A stretch of 64,000 bases of DNA from a virus. Taxonomy: Duplodnaviria; Caudoviricetes. Shown here in pieces: positions 19,529 through 28,905 of the stretch. Every line of letters begins with the position of its first letter. Positions within the stretch are counted from its first letter, which is position 1. The translations under genes were made by a program, and so were the position numbers. The stretch is taken from positions 64,001 through 128,000 of the IMG/VR virus record IMGVR_UViG_3300011008_000016; one strand, written 5' to 3'. The notes below the pieces were generated by a model. The model did no database searches and was not told the DNA's origin. It saw only the letters and a list, made by a program, of their open reading frames with translations.

Positions 19529-20086
19529 ATGGCTGAAACTAAGAAACGAACAAGAAAACCCGATACAAAAGAGGAGCAATCCCGTATATTTGCTTTCGAT
19601 ATGGACGGTACATTGTGTGAAATGTTTTATGGTGAGAATTGTATGAATCTATATAAGGATGAAGACGATAAAGCCATTCGTCGTACATTCATCAATGATT
19701 CTTATGAAAATACTCGCCCTATTCCACAGGCTCAAAAGTTAGTATCGGAGATTATGGATAAAGTTTCATCTGATAGTGTATATGTGATAACCTCAATTCA
19801 TAACGGCATGGAATTTATGCACAAAACAAAATGGTTAGAAAATCATTTTCCTGGTCTTAACCCATCGAACGTAATTGGCGTAATTGAAGAAGATGATAAA
19901 GCCAGAATATTACATCATATTATGAGCTCACATATGGGGAGTAATTTACTTTATGTAGATGATAATTTAAGTTATCTGATTAAGATATTTGCTCTCTACC
20001 ATTCAACTTACAATGTTTCTGTGGCTCATTCAAGTGTGATCCTTACACGAACGACAGAAGAATTCATGAAAATATACGGTATATAA
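19529..20086 (+). CDS. HAD-superfamily phosphatase (5'-nucleotidase-like)
   Basis: FDMDGTL motif I, ITS motif II, K, YVDDN motif IV. Confidence 0.8.
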   Translation: MAETKKRTRKPDTKEEQSRIFAFDMDGTLCEMFYGENCMNLYKDEDDKAIRRTFINDSYENTRPIPQAQKLVSEIMDKVSSDSVYVITSIHNGMEFMHKTKWLENHFPGLNPSNVIGVIEEDDKARILHHIMSSHMGSNLLYVDDNLSYLIKIFALYHSTYNVSVAHSSVILTRTTEEFMKIYGI

Positions 20087-20139
20087 GGATAGGAGTATAT
20101 AATTTTCGGTGGATGTTGTGGGTGTTGTAATCATTGATG

Positions 20140-20173
20140 AAGATTACAGGGGATTTCGGTTCCCTGTAATCTT
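20140..20173 (+). terminator. rho-independent terminator
   Basis: AAGATTACAGGG / CCCTGTAATCTT plus T run. Confidence 0.75.
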
Positions 20174-20240
20174 TTTTGTAATGCAATAGGGGTTTTCCAC
20201 AATCTTGTAATCAAATAAAACGAGAGAAAGGAGAAACTCC

Positions 20241-21083
20241 ATGGATATAAATAAGCTATTAAAAGCTGGGAAAAAAGCTTGTGGTAGAGTACTAAAACTT
20301 CTTCCACGAGATGGAGAAGATGGGATTGGTTCCCCTTTAGCATATATGATGCAAACCCTTGAAGATGATACTTTAATGTCAATTAATATACTTCACCCAT
20401 TACTTATTAAAAAGACTTTTAGTACTGGTTTCTTAACACCAGTAGATGTACATAGTGATGAGGTCCTTGATTTAGCAGTTGATAATCAATTGATGAATCG
20501 AGTTATGAACGATGATAGATATTCTATGTATAGAATGCCTTTATCTCTAACAGATGGTCATGAAGTAATGTCTATCAAATCTTGTGTACCAGTGCGATCA
20601 AATGGTGCAAGTCTTGGGATGTATGGTGATTTTTATAATGAGTTACCATGGAACAATCATTTTGGTAGAACTACCAGTGGTGATTTATATGGTTCTACAA
20701 TGGCTGCGCTTGTCGATTATGCGGATAGACAATTACTTGGTGGAATTTCCAGAGGATTCCGGTTCTATTTCTTTAGTCCAAATATTTTTTCTTGTACAAA
20801 TTACGTTGGTGCTCTTAACGCTACGTTTTGTTGCAAGAATGACTCATCACTTATTTCTTGTGATGATACGACGTTTGAGTATGTAAAGAGATTATTTGTA
20901 TTGGATTTAAAGAAGAATATATATAATGAATTCGGAAACTTCACAGAATTGGATACAGCATTTGGAACATTGGATTTGAAGATAAGTGATTGGTCAAGTG
21001 CAGAAAGTGAACGGAATGAGTTATTTGATACCTTGAAGACTACTGCACACTTTAGAACTTCTTCTATGCGGTCATCAGGATAA
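20241..21083 (+). CDS. hypothetical protein (late)
   Basis: 280 aa, AAAGGAG RBS, CACA-N6-TAA at 20198. Confidence 0.8.
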   Translation: MDINKLLKAGKKACGRVLKLLPRDGEDGIGSPLAYMMQTLEDDTLMSINILHPLLIKKTFSTGFLTPVDVHSDEVLDLAVDNQLMNRVMNDDRYSMYRMPLSLTDGHEVMSIKSCVPVRSNGASLGMYGDFYNELPWNNHFGRTTSGDLYGSTMAALVDYADRQLLGGISRGFRFYFFSPNIFSCTNYVGALNATFCCKNDSSLISCDDTTFEYVKRLFVLDLKKNIYNEFGNFTELDTAFGTLDLKISDWSSAESERNELFDTLKTTAHFRTSSMRSSG

Positions 21084-21089
21084 TAGCAC

Positions 21090-21126
21090 AAGAGGGAACC
21101 AACTTGGCAATAGTTGGTTCCCTCTT
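21090..21126. terminator. bidirectional terminator
   Basis: 15-bp stem AAGAGGGAACCAACT / AGTTGGTTCCCTCTT. Confidence 0.75.
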
Positions 21127-21223
21127 TGGGCTTTGAAACGAAAGGGGAAAGTAAAAATGGACTTTCCGCTTAATGAGTGTCGCTGGTGAAAGCACATTCA
21201 ATAAGCTCTGGGCTTACCCCATT
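21090..21223 (-). ncRNA. putative late small RNA
   Basis: AACAcaaattTAAT at 21223-21234, then two hairpins and a terminator; no ORF on this strand. Confidence 0.4.
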
Positions 21224-21350
21224 AAATTTGTGTTAATTAACAATAATCCTATTCCCAAGGATTTCGATTATATATTAAACCATTAGTATTGAGGAAATCT
21301 CGGTACTAAACATACATACTTACATACTACAGATAAGGAGGAATAATAGT

Positions 21351-21926
21351 ATGGAAACAGGTAACTTAGAGGTGCGATATCCAGTAAATGTTTTGAATTG
21401 GTTGGGAGTTCCAATTTTGAACTTGGATATGCAGTATGATCGCATTGACGATGTATTAAATGCGATTACGAAGGGTTACAACCCCGATAATCAGCAAATT
21501 GTGAAGGACGTATTCATTGCACGATTTGTGGTAGGACTTTCGTATGATGAAATTGAGGGTCGTGTGGTTTGTAATAGTGGGAGGTGGAACGCAGAGAGGC
21601 TGATGACTAAGCTTCATCGTGATATTTGTCACAATCAGTACTGTATGGACTATCTCAAGCTTCTTCGGAATTCTTATCAGAATAAGTTTGAGAAGCTTAA
21701 TTGCGATATCAGGGATGCTCAGATAACAGCAATTCCTGCACAATCAAGGTTCTACCCCAGTAATATATGGGGAGTTCCTGATGCCCAGTGGAGAGTTGTT
21801 GAATCATTTTACTATGAAGGGATGCCGATTAAAATCATTAGTCAGGAGATGAGTTTATCTCAGAACACAGTCAGGAAGATGTTACATCTGGCAGTTGATC
21901 TGATAAGGACTTGCGAAGAAGATTAA
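21351..21926 (+). CDS. sigma70 region-4-like HTH protein
   Basis: C-terminal VPDAQWRVVESFYYEGMPIKIISQEMSLSQNTVRKMLHLA; similar segment VFIARFVVGLSYDEI. Confidence 0.65.
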   Translation: METGNLEVRYPVNVLNWLGVPILNLDMQYDRIDDVLNAITKGYNPDNQQIVKDVFIARFVVGLSYDEIEGRVVCNSGRWNAERLMTKLHRDICHNQYCMDYLKLLRNSYQNKFEKLNCDIRDAQITAIPAQSRFYPSNIWGVPDAQWRVVESFYYEGMPIKIISQEMSLSQNTVRKMLHLAVDLIRTCEED

Positions 21927-21932
21927 TAGTTT

Positions 21933-21971
21933 GAATGATACCACTATATAAATTATATAGTGGTATCATTC
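21933..21971. repeat. perfect 19-bp inverted repeat with 1-nt spacer
   Basis: GAATGATACCACTATATAA-A-TTATATAGTGGTATCATTC. Confidence 0.9.
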
Positions 21972-21995
21972 GTTTTATTTAGAAAGGAGAATGTT

Positions 21996-22420
21996 ATGAA
22001 GAAATCTGTTTATAGGTGTCGGTGCGGTATGGTGTATATTGAAGATGATGACGTTTATCAAAAATTAACAGCAAAAAATGTTCCATTTACTGTTACGAAA
22101 TGTGTATTCTGCGATAGCACATAGAACCATCTACAAATACAGTAGAACTTGTAACCGATGATGATATAGGTTATATCCCAGTACGTTCGGTTAGGAAATC
22201 TAAAGAGAAAGAGGATTTAGGATATATCCCAGTAAATTCAGTAGAATATGGAAAATCCAATTACCGATCATTTACATCTCGAATTCATGCGTGTTGGAGA
22301 TGTTCATGTGGATATAGTCAGGTTGCTAGTTTAAGTGATTTTTTGAAGTTTGATAAAACTATTGAGTTTTGTCCAATGTGTAGGACAAAACTACACATTT
22401 ATGACACAAGGGAGGTATGA
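21996..22420 (+). pseudogene. double zinc-ribbon protein, frameshifted near 22120
   Basis: RBS and MKKSVYRCRCG...CVFCDST* (stop 22124); -1 frame continues 99 codons with CSC...CPMC to TGA 22420. Confidence 0.6.
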
Positions 22421-22424
22421 CGTA

Positions 22425-23033
22425 ATGAAACTTTGGGTTGTCGTTGGAAGAGATCGTAAGGATACTGGATTATTTATTGTGGCAATTTGTGATAATCAAA
22501 GAAATGCGGAAATTGCTAAAAGGCGGTCTGGTTTATATTATAGAGACGTATATATCCTTGATAGTCCCGAAGAATGCAATTATATGGGGCGTAATGATGG
22601 GGTGCAGTTCATACTCAATAAACTATATGGACTCAACCATGATGAAATAGATTTATTGGGATTAGAGTTCCCTGATAATATAAGTCAAAAATTTTATGAC
22701 AAGGGGATATTTACGTTATCAGAATTATGTAATACTTCAGACAAAGATATCATTGAAGCATTAGATAATTCTGATGATTTTTACGAAGTATTGTCAGTGT
22801 TACATAACAAGGGGTTACAGTTACATAATGCGGAAAATCGTCTTAGTAGTATAGGGTTACCAACTTTCATCATTATAAATCTATTTTTCTGTAAAATTAG
22901 GAGTATCTCCAAACTTTGTTCCTATAGCGAACGGGGATTACATTCGGTTAAGTACATTGATAGTGATGATATTGATGCGATTAAAAAATGTTTGACTGAA
23001 CATGGACTATCGTTATGTACAGAAAACGGCTAA
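22425..23033 (+). CDS. protein with two tandem RNAP alpha-CTD-like domains
   Basis: IDLLGL...GIFTLSELCNTSDKDI...LHNKGLQL and LSSIGLP...IRSISKLCSYSERGL.SVKYI....IDAIKKCLTEHGLSL; start ATG 22425 after GGGAGG. Confidence 0.7.
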   Translation: MKLWVVVGRDRKDTGLFIVAICDNQRNAEIAKRRSGLYYRDVYILDSPEECNYMGRNDGVQFILNKLYGLNHDEIDLLGLEFPDNISQKFYDKGIFTLSELCNTSDKDIIEALDNSDDFYEVLSVLHNKGLQLHNAENRLSSIGLPTFIIINLFFCKIRSISKLCSYSERGLHSVKYIDSDDIDAIKKCLTEHGLSLCTENG

Positions 23034-23099
23034 ACGGATAAATCCTGGTGGACATGAAACTATGTCCACCCGGATTATTTTTTGTATGTTCCAAGGGAA

Positions 23100-23966
23100 T
23101 TAGAACCTTTTCCAGATATCTGCGTAACGTCTCGCAGTTTCTATTTCAGCTTGGAATACGAACTTATCCTGTCCATTACTTATAGAGAATGAGTGATTCC
23201 CATAAGTTGTTAAAGTAGACGGATCAAGTCCAAAGGATTCACATACAACCTTTGCGTTGTCAGAATCTCTCATTACCATTTCCTGAATATCCGATCCTAA
23301 GATAGCTCTGGATGCATCCTGTAAAGGTGCTGTATTAATGGTCACAGTAGACTCGAACGTAGTCTCTTCACCGGTATATAGTTTTGCAACTTTTATCTTC
23401 TTCTCATCACCATAAGCTTCTTTATGAGATGGTAAATTCACTTCGTCATATGTAATGAACCTTGGCGGTACCATAACGTATGAGATGTTACCCTTCTTGT
23501 CAATAACTGCGAATCCTCTATAGGAATAAGACGGATTGATTCCCTGAAGTATTCCCTTTGTAAGTTTTGTCCCATACATTCCATCGTCAAGTGTTTCAAT
23601 AGAACCCCTGATAAGGTCTCCATCTCGCCACATTTTCTTGATGATATTGCATGTATACTTTGGATCAATGGTAGCAATCCTTGCAGGAGTACCATCAACT
23701 GGATGCCCCGCTTCACTCTGAAGTTTGTTGTTTCGCTGTAATTCAGCGACTTCAGGAGTTGTAATGGATGCTACGATTGCAGAATCCTTGTAATATCTTT
23801 TATTCCGGTTAATACAGTTTAAAGATTGAAGAACCGTATCAAATCGAATAAAAAATAAATGGTCGTGGTTTATCACTTTTACATTACTAACTTCCTGAAA
23901 AGAATTGTCGTTTTCCATCAGAATGAAACCGAAGGGAGCATTTGGGTTTACAACGCTTGTATTCAT
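23100..23966 (-). CDS. prohead core protease
   Basis: NRNKRYY, EAGHP (His), PSYSYRG (Ser), ITYDEVNLPSH (Asp), T4 gp21-like; late motif at 23996-24007. Confidence 0.88.
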   Translation of the reverse strand: MNTSVVNPNAPFGFILMENDNSFQEVSNVKVINHDHLFFIRFDTVLQSLNCINRNKRYYKDSAIVASITTPEVAELQRNNKLQSEAGHPVDGTPARIATIDPKYTCNIIKKMWRDGDLIRGSIETLDDGMYGTKLTKGILQGINPSYSYRGFAVIDKKGNISYVMVPPRFITYDEVNLPSHKEAYGDEKKIKVAKLYTGEETTFESTVTINTAPLQDASRAILGSDIQEMVMRDSDNAKVVCESFGLDPSTLTTYGNHSFSISNGQDKFVFQAEIETARRYADIWKRF

Positions 23967-24075
23967 AAATCTATACTCCTTTCATCTGAGTTTATTAGTA
24001 GCGTGTGTCTGTCGTAGAAAGACAAGAGCGTGAAACACGGTTATAAGGACAGTATTTTAGAAAGGGGTGTTGCAA

Positions 24076-24267
24076 ATGTTATATGAACGATTATTTGAAA
24101 TACTCAAGAATCTTAGTTTTACTCCTATTGAAAACAATGATGATGAATACTTGAATCAAAAGACAATGAGTATTGCTATTCTTGGAGAAAAAGGTGGATT
24201 TTCTCGTGTTGTAAAATACCACTTCAATAAAGAATCAAAACAATGTATAGGATGTGAAGTGGTGTAA
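24076..24267 (+). CDS. small hypothetical protein
   Basis: AAAGGGGTG RBS; AACA-N6-TAA at 24034. Confidence 0.65.
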   Translation: MLYERLFEILKNLSFTPIENNDDEYLNQKTMSIAILGEKGGFSRVVKYHFNKESKQCIGCEVV

Positions 24268-24305
24268 TACACTATGTTAAATTCTTAGAAAGGAGATGAA
24301 GTACT

Positions 24306-24569
24306 ATGACAATGTTAGGATTCGAAACAGAATACGAAGATTTTATTGCTCTATTAAGTTCTGTAAATGCGGAGTTTCAAGAAGATACTGGAGTTTTGGA
24401 TATTTCTGAAGATGATGAGTCCGCAATATACATGGATAAAGAAACAGTTAAAACAAAAGATATTATCTTTACAGGAAGAAGCGCTCTTAGTTTCGGAACC
24501 CCCTGCCTAAGATTTAACGCAGAAACTGGAAAATTCTTAGGAGGGGGGTGTGATGATGGATATGCATAA
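24306..24569 (+). CDS. small hypothetical protein
   Basis: AAAGGAG RBS; weak resemblance to the preceding ORF (F...T/S...+G C-terminus). Confidence 0.7.
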   Translation: MTMLGFETEYEDFIALLSSVNAEFQEDTGVLDISEDDESAIYMDKETVKTKDIIFTGRSALSFGTPCLRFNAETGKFLGGGCDDGYA

Positions 24570-24644
24570 TATGCCAAAGTTTGGTCTAATTCTGTTACAA
24601 AAAATATAACACCGGTATAAAGAAATGTTGTTTTCATGGTAATA

Positions 24645-24677
24645 TGAGGTAGTGGGGTTTTTCGTCCCACTACCTCA
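24645..24677. terminator. bidirectional terminator
   Basis: TGAGGTAGTGGG / CCCACTACCTCA between convergent genes. Confidence 0.7.
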
Positions 24678-24685
24678 CTCCCTTT

Positions 24686-25693
24686 TTACCCACGCCTTCT
24701 AAATTCAGATTCCACCAAAGACATATCAGACCTATTGTACATTGCTGTAGTAGAAATGTCTGTATGTCCTGCAATAACTTGAACCTCCTCAAGTTTCATA
24801 CCTCGTTTCAAGAGAGTTGTAATTCTTGTTACTCGGTATCTATGAGGATGGGCGTGTTTCACGTCAGCAAGTCTTGCAATCATAGCTAATTTTCTTCTAA
24901 TAGAATCTTCTGTTACTCTTCTATATGGCTTTCTCGACGTAATAAATAATGCACTACATTTATCCTCATCACCCCGTCTTTTCAGATATTCATTAATGTA
25001 GAACATAGATTTATCCGTCAGTGGTACAATCCTATCTTTTGCACCTTTACCATGTAAAACAACATGTTTCTTTACAAAATCAATATCACTCAAGTCAGTT
25101 TTACATAGCTCTGAAACACGACACGCTGTTGAATACATAAATTCCAGTATGGCTTTATCTTTGATTGTCTTGGCTGATAACATAAGCGATTCCATTTCCC
25201 ATTCTGTAAACGGTTCCTCTTTCATGGTATCATGTTTTATCTTCGATAGTCGTTTTGCTGGACTTTTCTGTATAATATCCTCATCAGCCATCCAGTTAAA
25301 GAAAGACGTATAGATTCGTCTAATCCCATCCATGGAAGTATTTGAACCACCACCCTTCTCCTGATACATGGCTAAGAAGAATCTTAGATTTGAAGTAGTC
25401 ATATCTCTAAATGTTAGGTCTGGATAAAAGTCTATCAATTTTTGTATAAACATTTGATACCTTTCTAATGTCTTCTCTGACCTACCTTCAATCCTCTTTG
25501 TTGCTATAAATTGTTTCATCGCTCGTATATTAAAATCATCTGTAACAATAAGACCGGTCTCTTTTCGACTGATGCTATAATCGTAGCAACAACCAACGAT
25601 TACGTTCTTTGCGGATTGCATATTATCGGGTGTAATGTAATTTTGCAAACCGTTGACCAGAGAGTTAATTAATTCTCCCTCACAATCTTCCAT
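24686..25693 (-). CDS. tyrosine recombinase (XerC/D-like)
   Basis: catalytic R (TACRVSE), K (GKGAKDR), HPHRYR, AGH and TTAMY all intact; N-terminal SAM-like domain. Confidence 0.93.
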   Translation of the reverse strand: MEDCEGELINSLVNGLQNYITPDNMQSAKNVIVGCCYDYSISRKETGLIVTDDFNIRAMKQFIATKRIEGRSEKTLERYQMFIQKLIDFYPDLTFRDMTTSNLRFFLAMYQEKGGGSNTSMDGIRRIYTSFFNWMADEDIIQKSPAKRLSKIKHDTMKEEPFTEWEMESLMLSAKTIKDKAILEFMYSTACRVSELCKTDLSDIDFVKKHVVLHGKGAKDRIVPLTDKSMFYINEYLKRRGDEDKCSALFITSRKPYRRVTEDSIRRKLAMIARLADVKHAHPHRYRVTRITTLLKRGMKLEEVQVIAGHTDISTTAMYNRSDMSLVESEFRRRG

Positions 25694-25924
25694 TTACATA
25701 CCTCCTTACATTAGACCTTTATCCTCAACCCATATGTTAAATATATAATCATAAAGAAGTTATGATAAACAATGGTTTACTTGATAATGTATTTTGAGTT
25801 TAATGAAGACGCGTTAGTTCGCTAAACCCCAATTTTAGGGACATCTGCTGTAATTTTTTACCAGAATTTCCATAAGTTTCCAATTTGTAAGTTTCCCAAG
25901 TAAACTTTCGTTTAATAAGAACTA

Positions 25925-27112
25925 TCAGAAGTCATCATCAACATCTCCATCTAAATCTGTATCAATGGTTGGTGTTGGTTGCTGCTCCGATGTAGTGTTG
26001 TTTAATGAATTTATATAATCGACTATGCCAAAATCCGACTTGTAAATAACAACTGGAGTTCTGGCTAAGAAGTAATACTTCGAATATGTGAGTGTTTCAC
26101 TATCGACATCATTGGCATCTTTCCAATAGATGGATAATTTGTATTGCTCGTTGTCTTTCGGTATAAAAATGAACGGTTTCTCGTAGATATCTTCTCTCCG
26201 AAAATCTTCATTACTTATAGTAAAAACACTAAGCTTTACAATAACTCCATCTGGAACATGAATGAGTCGATTTACATTTGCGATATAATCTAGTGTACAT
26301 ATTCCATTCTTCTGTTCCTGTATCTCACCGGTATTATCGTAGATTTTATTCATTATAAATGGTAAATCTACGAGTTCATTATCAGCCAGTGTAATTTGAT
26401 AAGGGTTCGGTTTTGTCCAGAGTTTCATATTGTTTCGTTTGATAAATTCTCTGGGGTTCTCAATATCATTCTCGTTCCTATCAGAGACAACGATACGATA
26501 TAATTTATCCGTTTCTACGTTTGTAAGTCCTGTGGAATTCAGTATGTTCGTTGTAGAAATGAAACCCTCGTTGACATCATATGCCAGTATCGCGATTGTC
26601 CTAGTTGCCGAACAAGCATATTCAATCATATCATCTAAAGCTATATAATTCTTAGAACGAATCATATAATTCCCTTTGATTTTGTTGCCATTGTATATGT
26701 CGAGACCACCATATTCCCATTCACATTCTGCAAGAATGTCTCTTAGATAGCCGTTATTAAATGCACTGAACTTGTCAAACGAAACCATTCCATTGTTGAG
26801 ATTGGTAACCTCACTTTGAATCCGACTACTACTCCATGTATCACCGGAATTTGCATCCGTATCGTCTATTTCAGGGATATATGTAACTTTGTCACTACCA
26901 GATGTATCAATCCATGCTTTTGTATGTGATGGTGGTGTCTCGTCACCAACGTATATATCTCTATATTTCTTTATTTGCTCTCGCACAGCGTCACCTGCAC
27001 TTGCGTAAGTAGTTTCGCCATCTATACCAATACGGATATCGATAAGTTCTGCGTCACCTGTAGTTGAGCCATCGTTTAATGAAACAATTTGACTGATTCG
27101 GTTCCGTTCCAC
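25925..27112 (-). CDS. N-terminally truncated (silent) paralogue of tail-associated protein 34665-36050
   Basis: colinear with 34665-36050 from [12 protein letters not shown] to DGDVDDDF; no RBS before GTG 27112. Confidence 0.75.
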   Translation of the reverse strand: MERNRISQIVSLNDGSTTGDAELIDIRIGIDGETTYASAGDAVREQIKKYRDIYVGDETPPSHTKAWIDTSGSDKVTYIPEIDDTDANSGDTWSSSRIQSEVTNLNNGMVSFDKFSAFNNGYLRDILAECEWEYGGLDIYNGNKIKGNYMIRSKNYIALDDMIEYACSATRTIAILAYDVNEGFISTTNILNSTGLTNVETDKLYRIVVSDRNENDIENPREFIKRNNMKLWTKPNPYQITLADNELVDLPFIMNKIYDNTGEIQEQKNGICTLDYIANVNRLIHVPDGVIVKLSVFTISNEDFRREDIYEKPFIFIPKDNEQYKLSIYWKDANDVDSETLTYSKYYFLARTPVVIYKSDFGIVDYINSLNNTTSEQQPTPTIDTDLDGDVDDDF

Positions 27113-27115
27113 GTT

Positions 27116-27125
27116 TAAATCAGAA
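27116..27125. other. candidate recombination crossover site (copy at 35874-35883)
   Basis: TAAATCAGAA in both copies at the point where paralogue homology ends (codons S-D-L). Confidence 0.4.
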
Positions 27126-27278
27126 GTTAAGTAAATAAGAAAAATGAAGGATTAGACTTGTAATTAGAAATGTAAACTTTAGTATAGTTGGAATAAAAAT
27201 CCGTTTTGTAGGAGATTTATTACTATATTAATACGTTAGATACAAACAAACAAGTCTTCATACAAAAGGAGGAAGATT

Positions 27279-27881
27279 ATGATTCACACGAATGTTTATT
27301 TGAACCAGATGGGCAGCGACTATATGGGAGACATGGTCAAGGTTCATCCAGATGATATCAAACAGTCACATATGACACTGTTGGCTCCAGTTGGTAAGCG
27401 TCATGATGTTATTATGGGCTATGCTGAACTTTTGGAGAACGGCTTTGATCTCGGTGCATTTGAGATTAATGGGACATTCAACGACAGTATCTCGGTTGTC
27501 AGATTTTTGAAGAAATATATGCCTGTTAAGAAAGAGCAGGGAACCGAGATCGCTAATTACGTGTACATCAATATTCCTGAAAAGGATAATAAGTACTATG
27601 TTGTACGTCATGATGCAAGTAGTTGCCGTGTATATGATATCCACGTTGACTTAATCGTCAATTACACGCTCGGGAAATATATGTACGTTGATGCTATTTG
27701 CTTCCGTTTCTTACAAGTTGACCTAATAAATTCTGTAAGTATTCTTTACTCTCATGAATGACATAAGTATCATCCATATATCGACCATATAGAAGAGACC
27801 CAGCTTGGATTGCCTGCTGCTAATGATAATGCCCCCGAACTTTCAGAAGATGATCTGAAACGGATATTTGCTGACAAGTGA
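27279..27881 (+). pseudogene. early hypothetical gene interrupted by an 82-bp RT fragment (premature stop 27761)
   Basis: same frame resumes at 27789 (IEETQLGLP...FADK*) and ends at 27881 before the terminator. Confidence 0.65.
27708..27789. repeat. exact 82-bp direct copy of 29244-29325 (RT YMDD region)
   Basis: base-by-base identity. Confidence 0.95.
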
Positions 27882-27902
27882 TTTCGGCGTAACAAATGGA
27901 GG

Positions 27903-27934
27903 GGAGCAAGGTGGTATCAAAACCACCTTGCTCC
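27903..27934. terminator. bidirectional terminator
   Basis: GGAGCAAGGTGGT / ACCACCTTGCTCC. Confidence 0.7.
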
Positions 27935-27965
27935 TATAAGTAAAGAAATGAAAAAGAATCTTTTT

Positions 27966-28793
27966 TTATACCTTGGTTGTATATGCAAGACATATCCAAC
28001 CTACACCACTCTTGAGTCTACCCCATTTAGTATTTCCTACCATCTTTTCTTCGACGATAGTATACTTTTCATTCTTCTTTATAGTGGTGACTAATTTGTA
28101 GGTAGAACCTGCACCAGCACGAACATTTAGTTCCGTCGCGGTAACTTTAACAACGTAAGATGTAGATGAACCGCTAGAAACTGACGCCGTTGAGTCTTTC
28201 TTTTTTGTATCCGTACTGGTCGATGTATCACCTTTTAAGATACTTTTTATCATTGCTTTAAATGCATTCCATTCGGCATTGTTTGCACTTGCCATCTGAA
28301 GTGGACACGCTTTACGAGTAATGTCATAATGACGTAATACATAAGTATCAACCTGAGACGCTGTGATTCCAAGCATCTTGCAGATATAAGCACAGAGTTG
28401 AGCAGCAACTGCTTTTGTCGTCTCAGAGACTTTATAGTCCCCTGATGTACACATCTCAATTCCGATAGAATTTGTATTCCGACAAGAAGCATGATAATAC
28501 TTACCAGATGTACCGCAATGCCATGCCCTGTCTCGAAGTTCTACGGATTGACGGATGTGAGAATCATCAACAAAGAAATGTGCAGAAGCTCCACGCCCAC
28601 CAGAAGTGTTGAAATACCTACAATTTGCTTCGGCTGTATCTTTTGGATTCCCAGTATAATGCATTACAACATAGCCAACTGAACGACTTGCTTGGTTGGT
28701 ATAATTCCCAGCATTACACGGGATGTTGTATTCTACGGGTATTCCACCAATTACTGTGTTGGTTAAAAATCCAGTTGAAATAGTTTTAGCCAT
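27966..28793 (-). CDS. N-acetylmuramoyl-L-alanine amidase (Amidase_2 + SH3b) endolysin
   Basis: VMHYT, ASAHFFVD, AWHCG, NSIGIEMC, RHYD..RKACP; C-terminal LNVRAG...WGRLKSGVGWI. Confidence 0.92.
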   Translation of the reverse strand: MAKTISTGFLTNTVIGGIPVEYNIPCNAGNYTNQASRSVGYVVMHYTGNPKDTAEANCRYFNTSGGRGASAHFFVDDSHIRQSVELRDRAWHCGTSGKYYHASCRNTNSIGIEMCTSGDYKVSETTKAVAAQLCAYICKMLGITASQVDTYVLRHYDITRKACPLQMASANNAEWNAFKAMIKSILKGDTSTSTDTKKKDSTASVSSGSSTSYVVKVTATELNVRAGAGSTYKLVTTIKKNEKYTIVEEKMVGNTKWGRLKSGVGWICLAYTTKV

Positions 28794-28905
28794 AGAAATT
28801 ACCTCCTTTTCTTTTTTATAGCTTAAAAAGAAGAAACTGTTACATTATCGGATTAAGAACCGATGCAGTCTGCATCCATCCCGTCACCAATGTAACAGTT
28901 TCTTC

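Noticed and set aside
24686-25693. Prophage integrase implying a temperate lifestyle or host junction
   Set aside because: No repressor, att-tRNA or host genes nearby, and phage-type genes and promoters continue on both sides.
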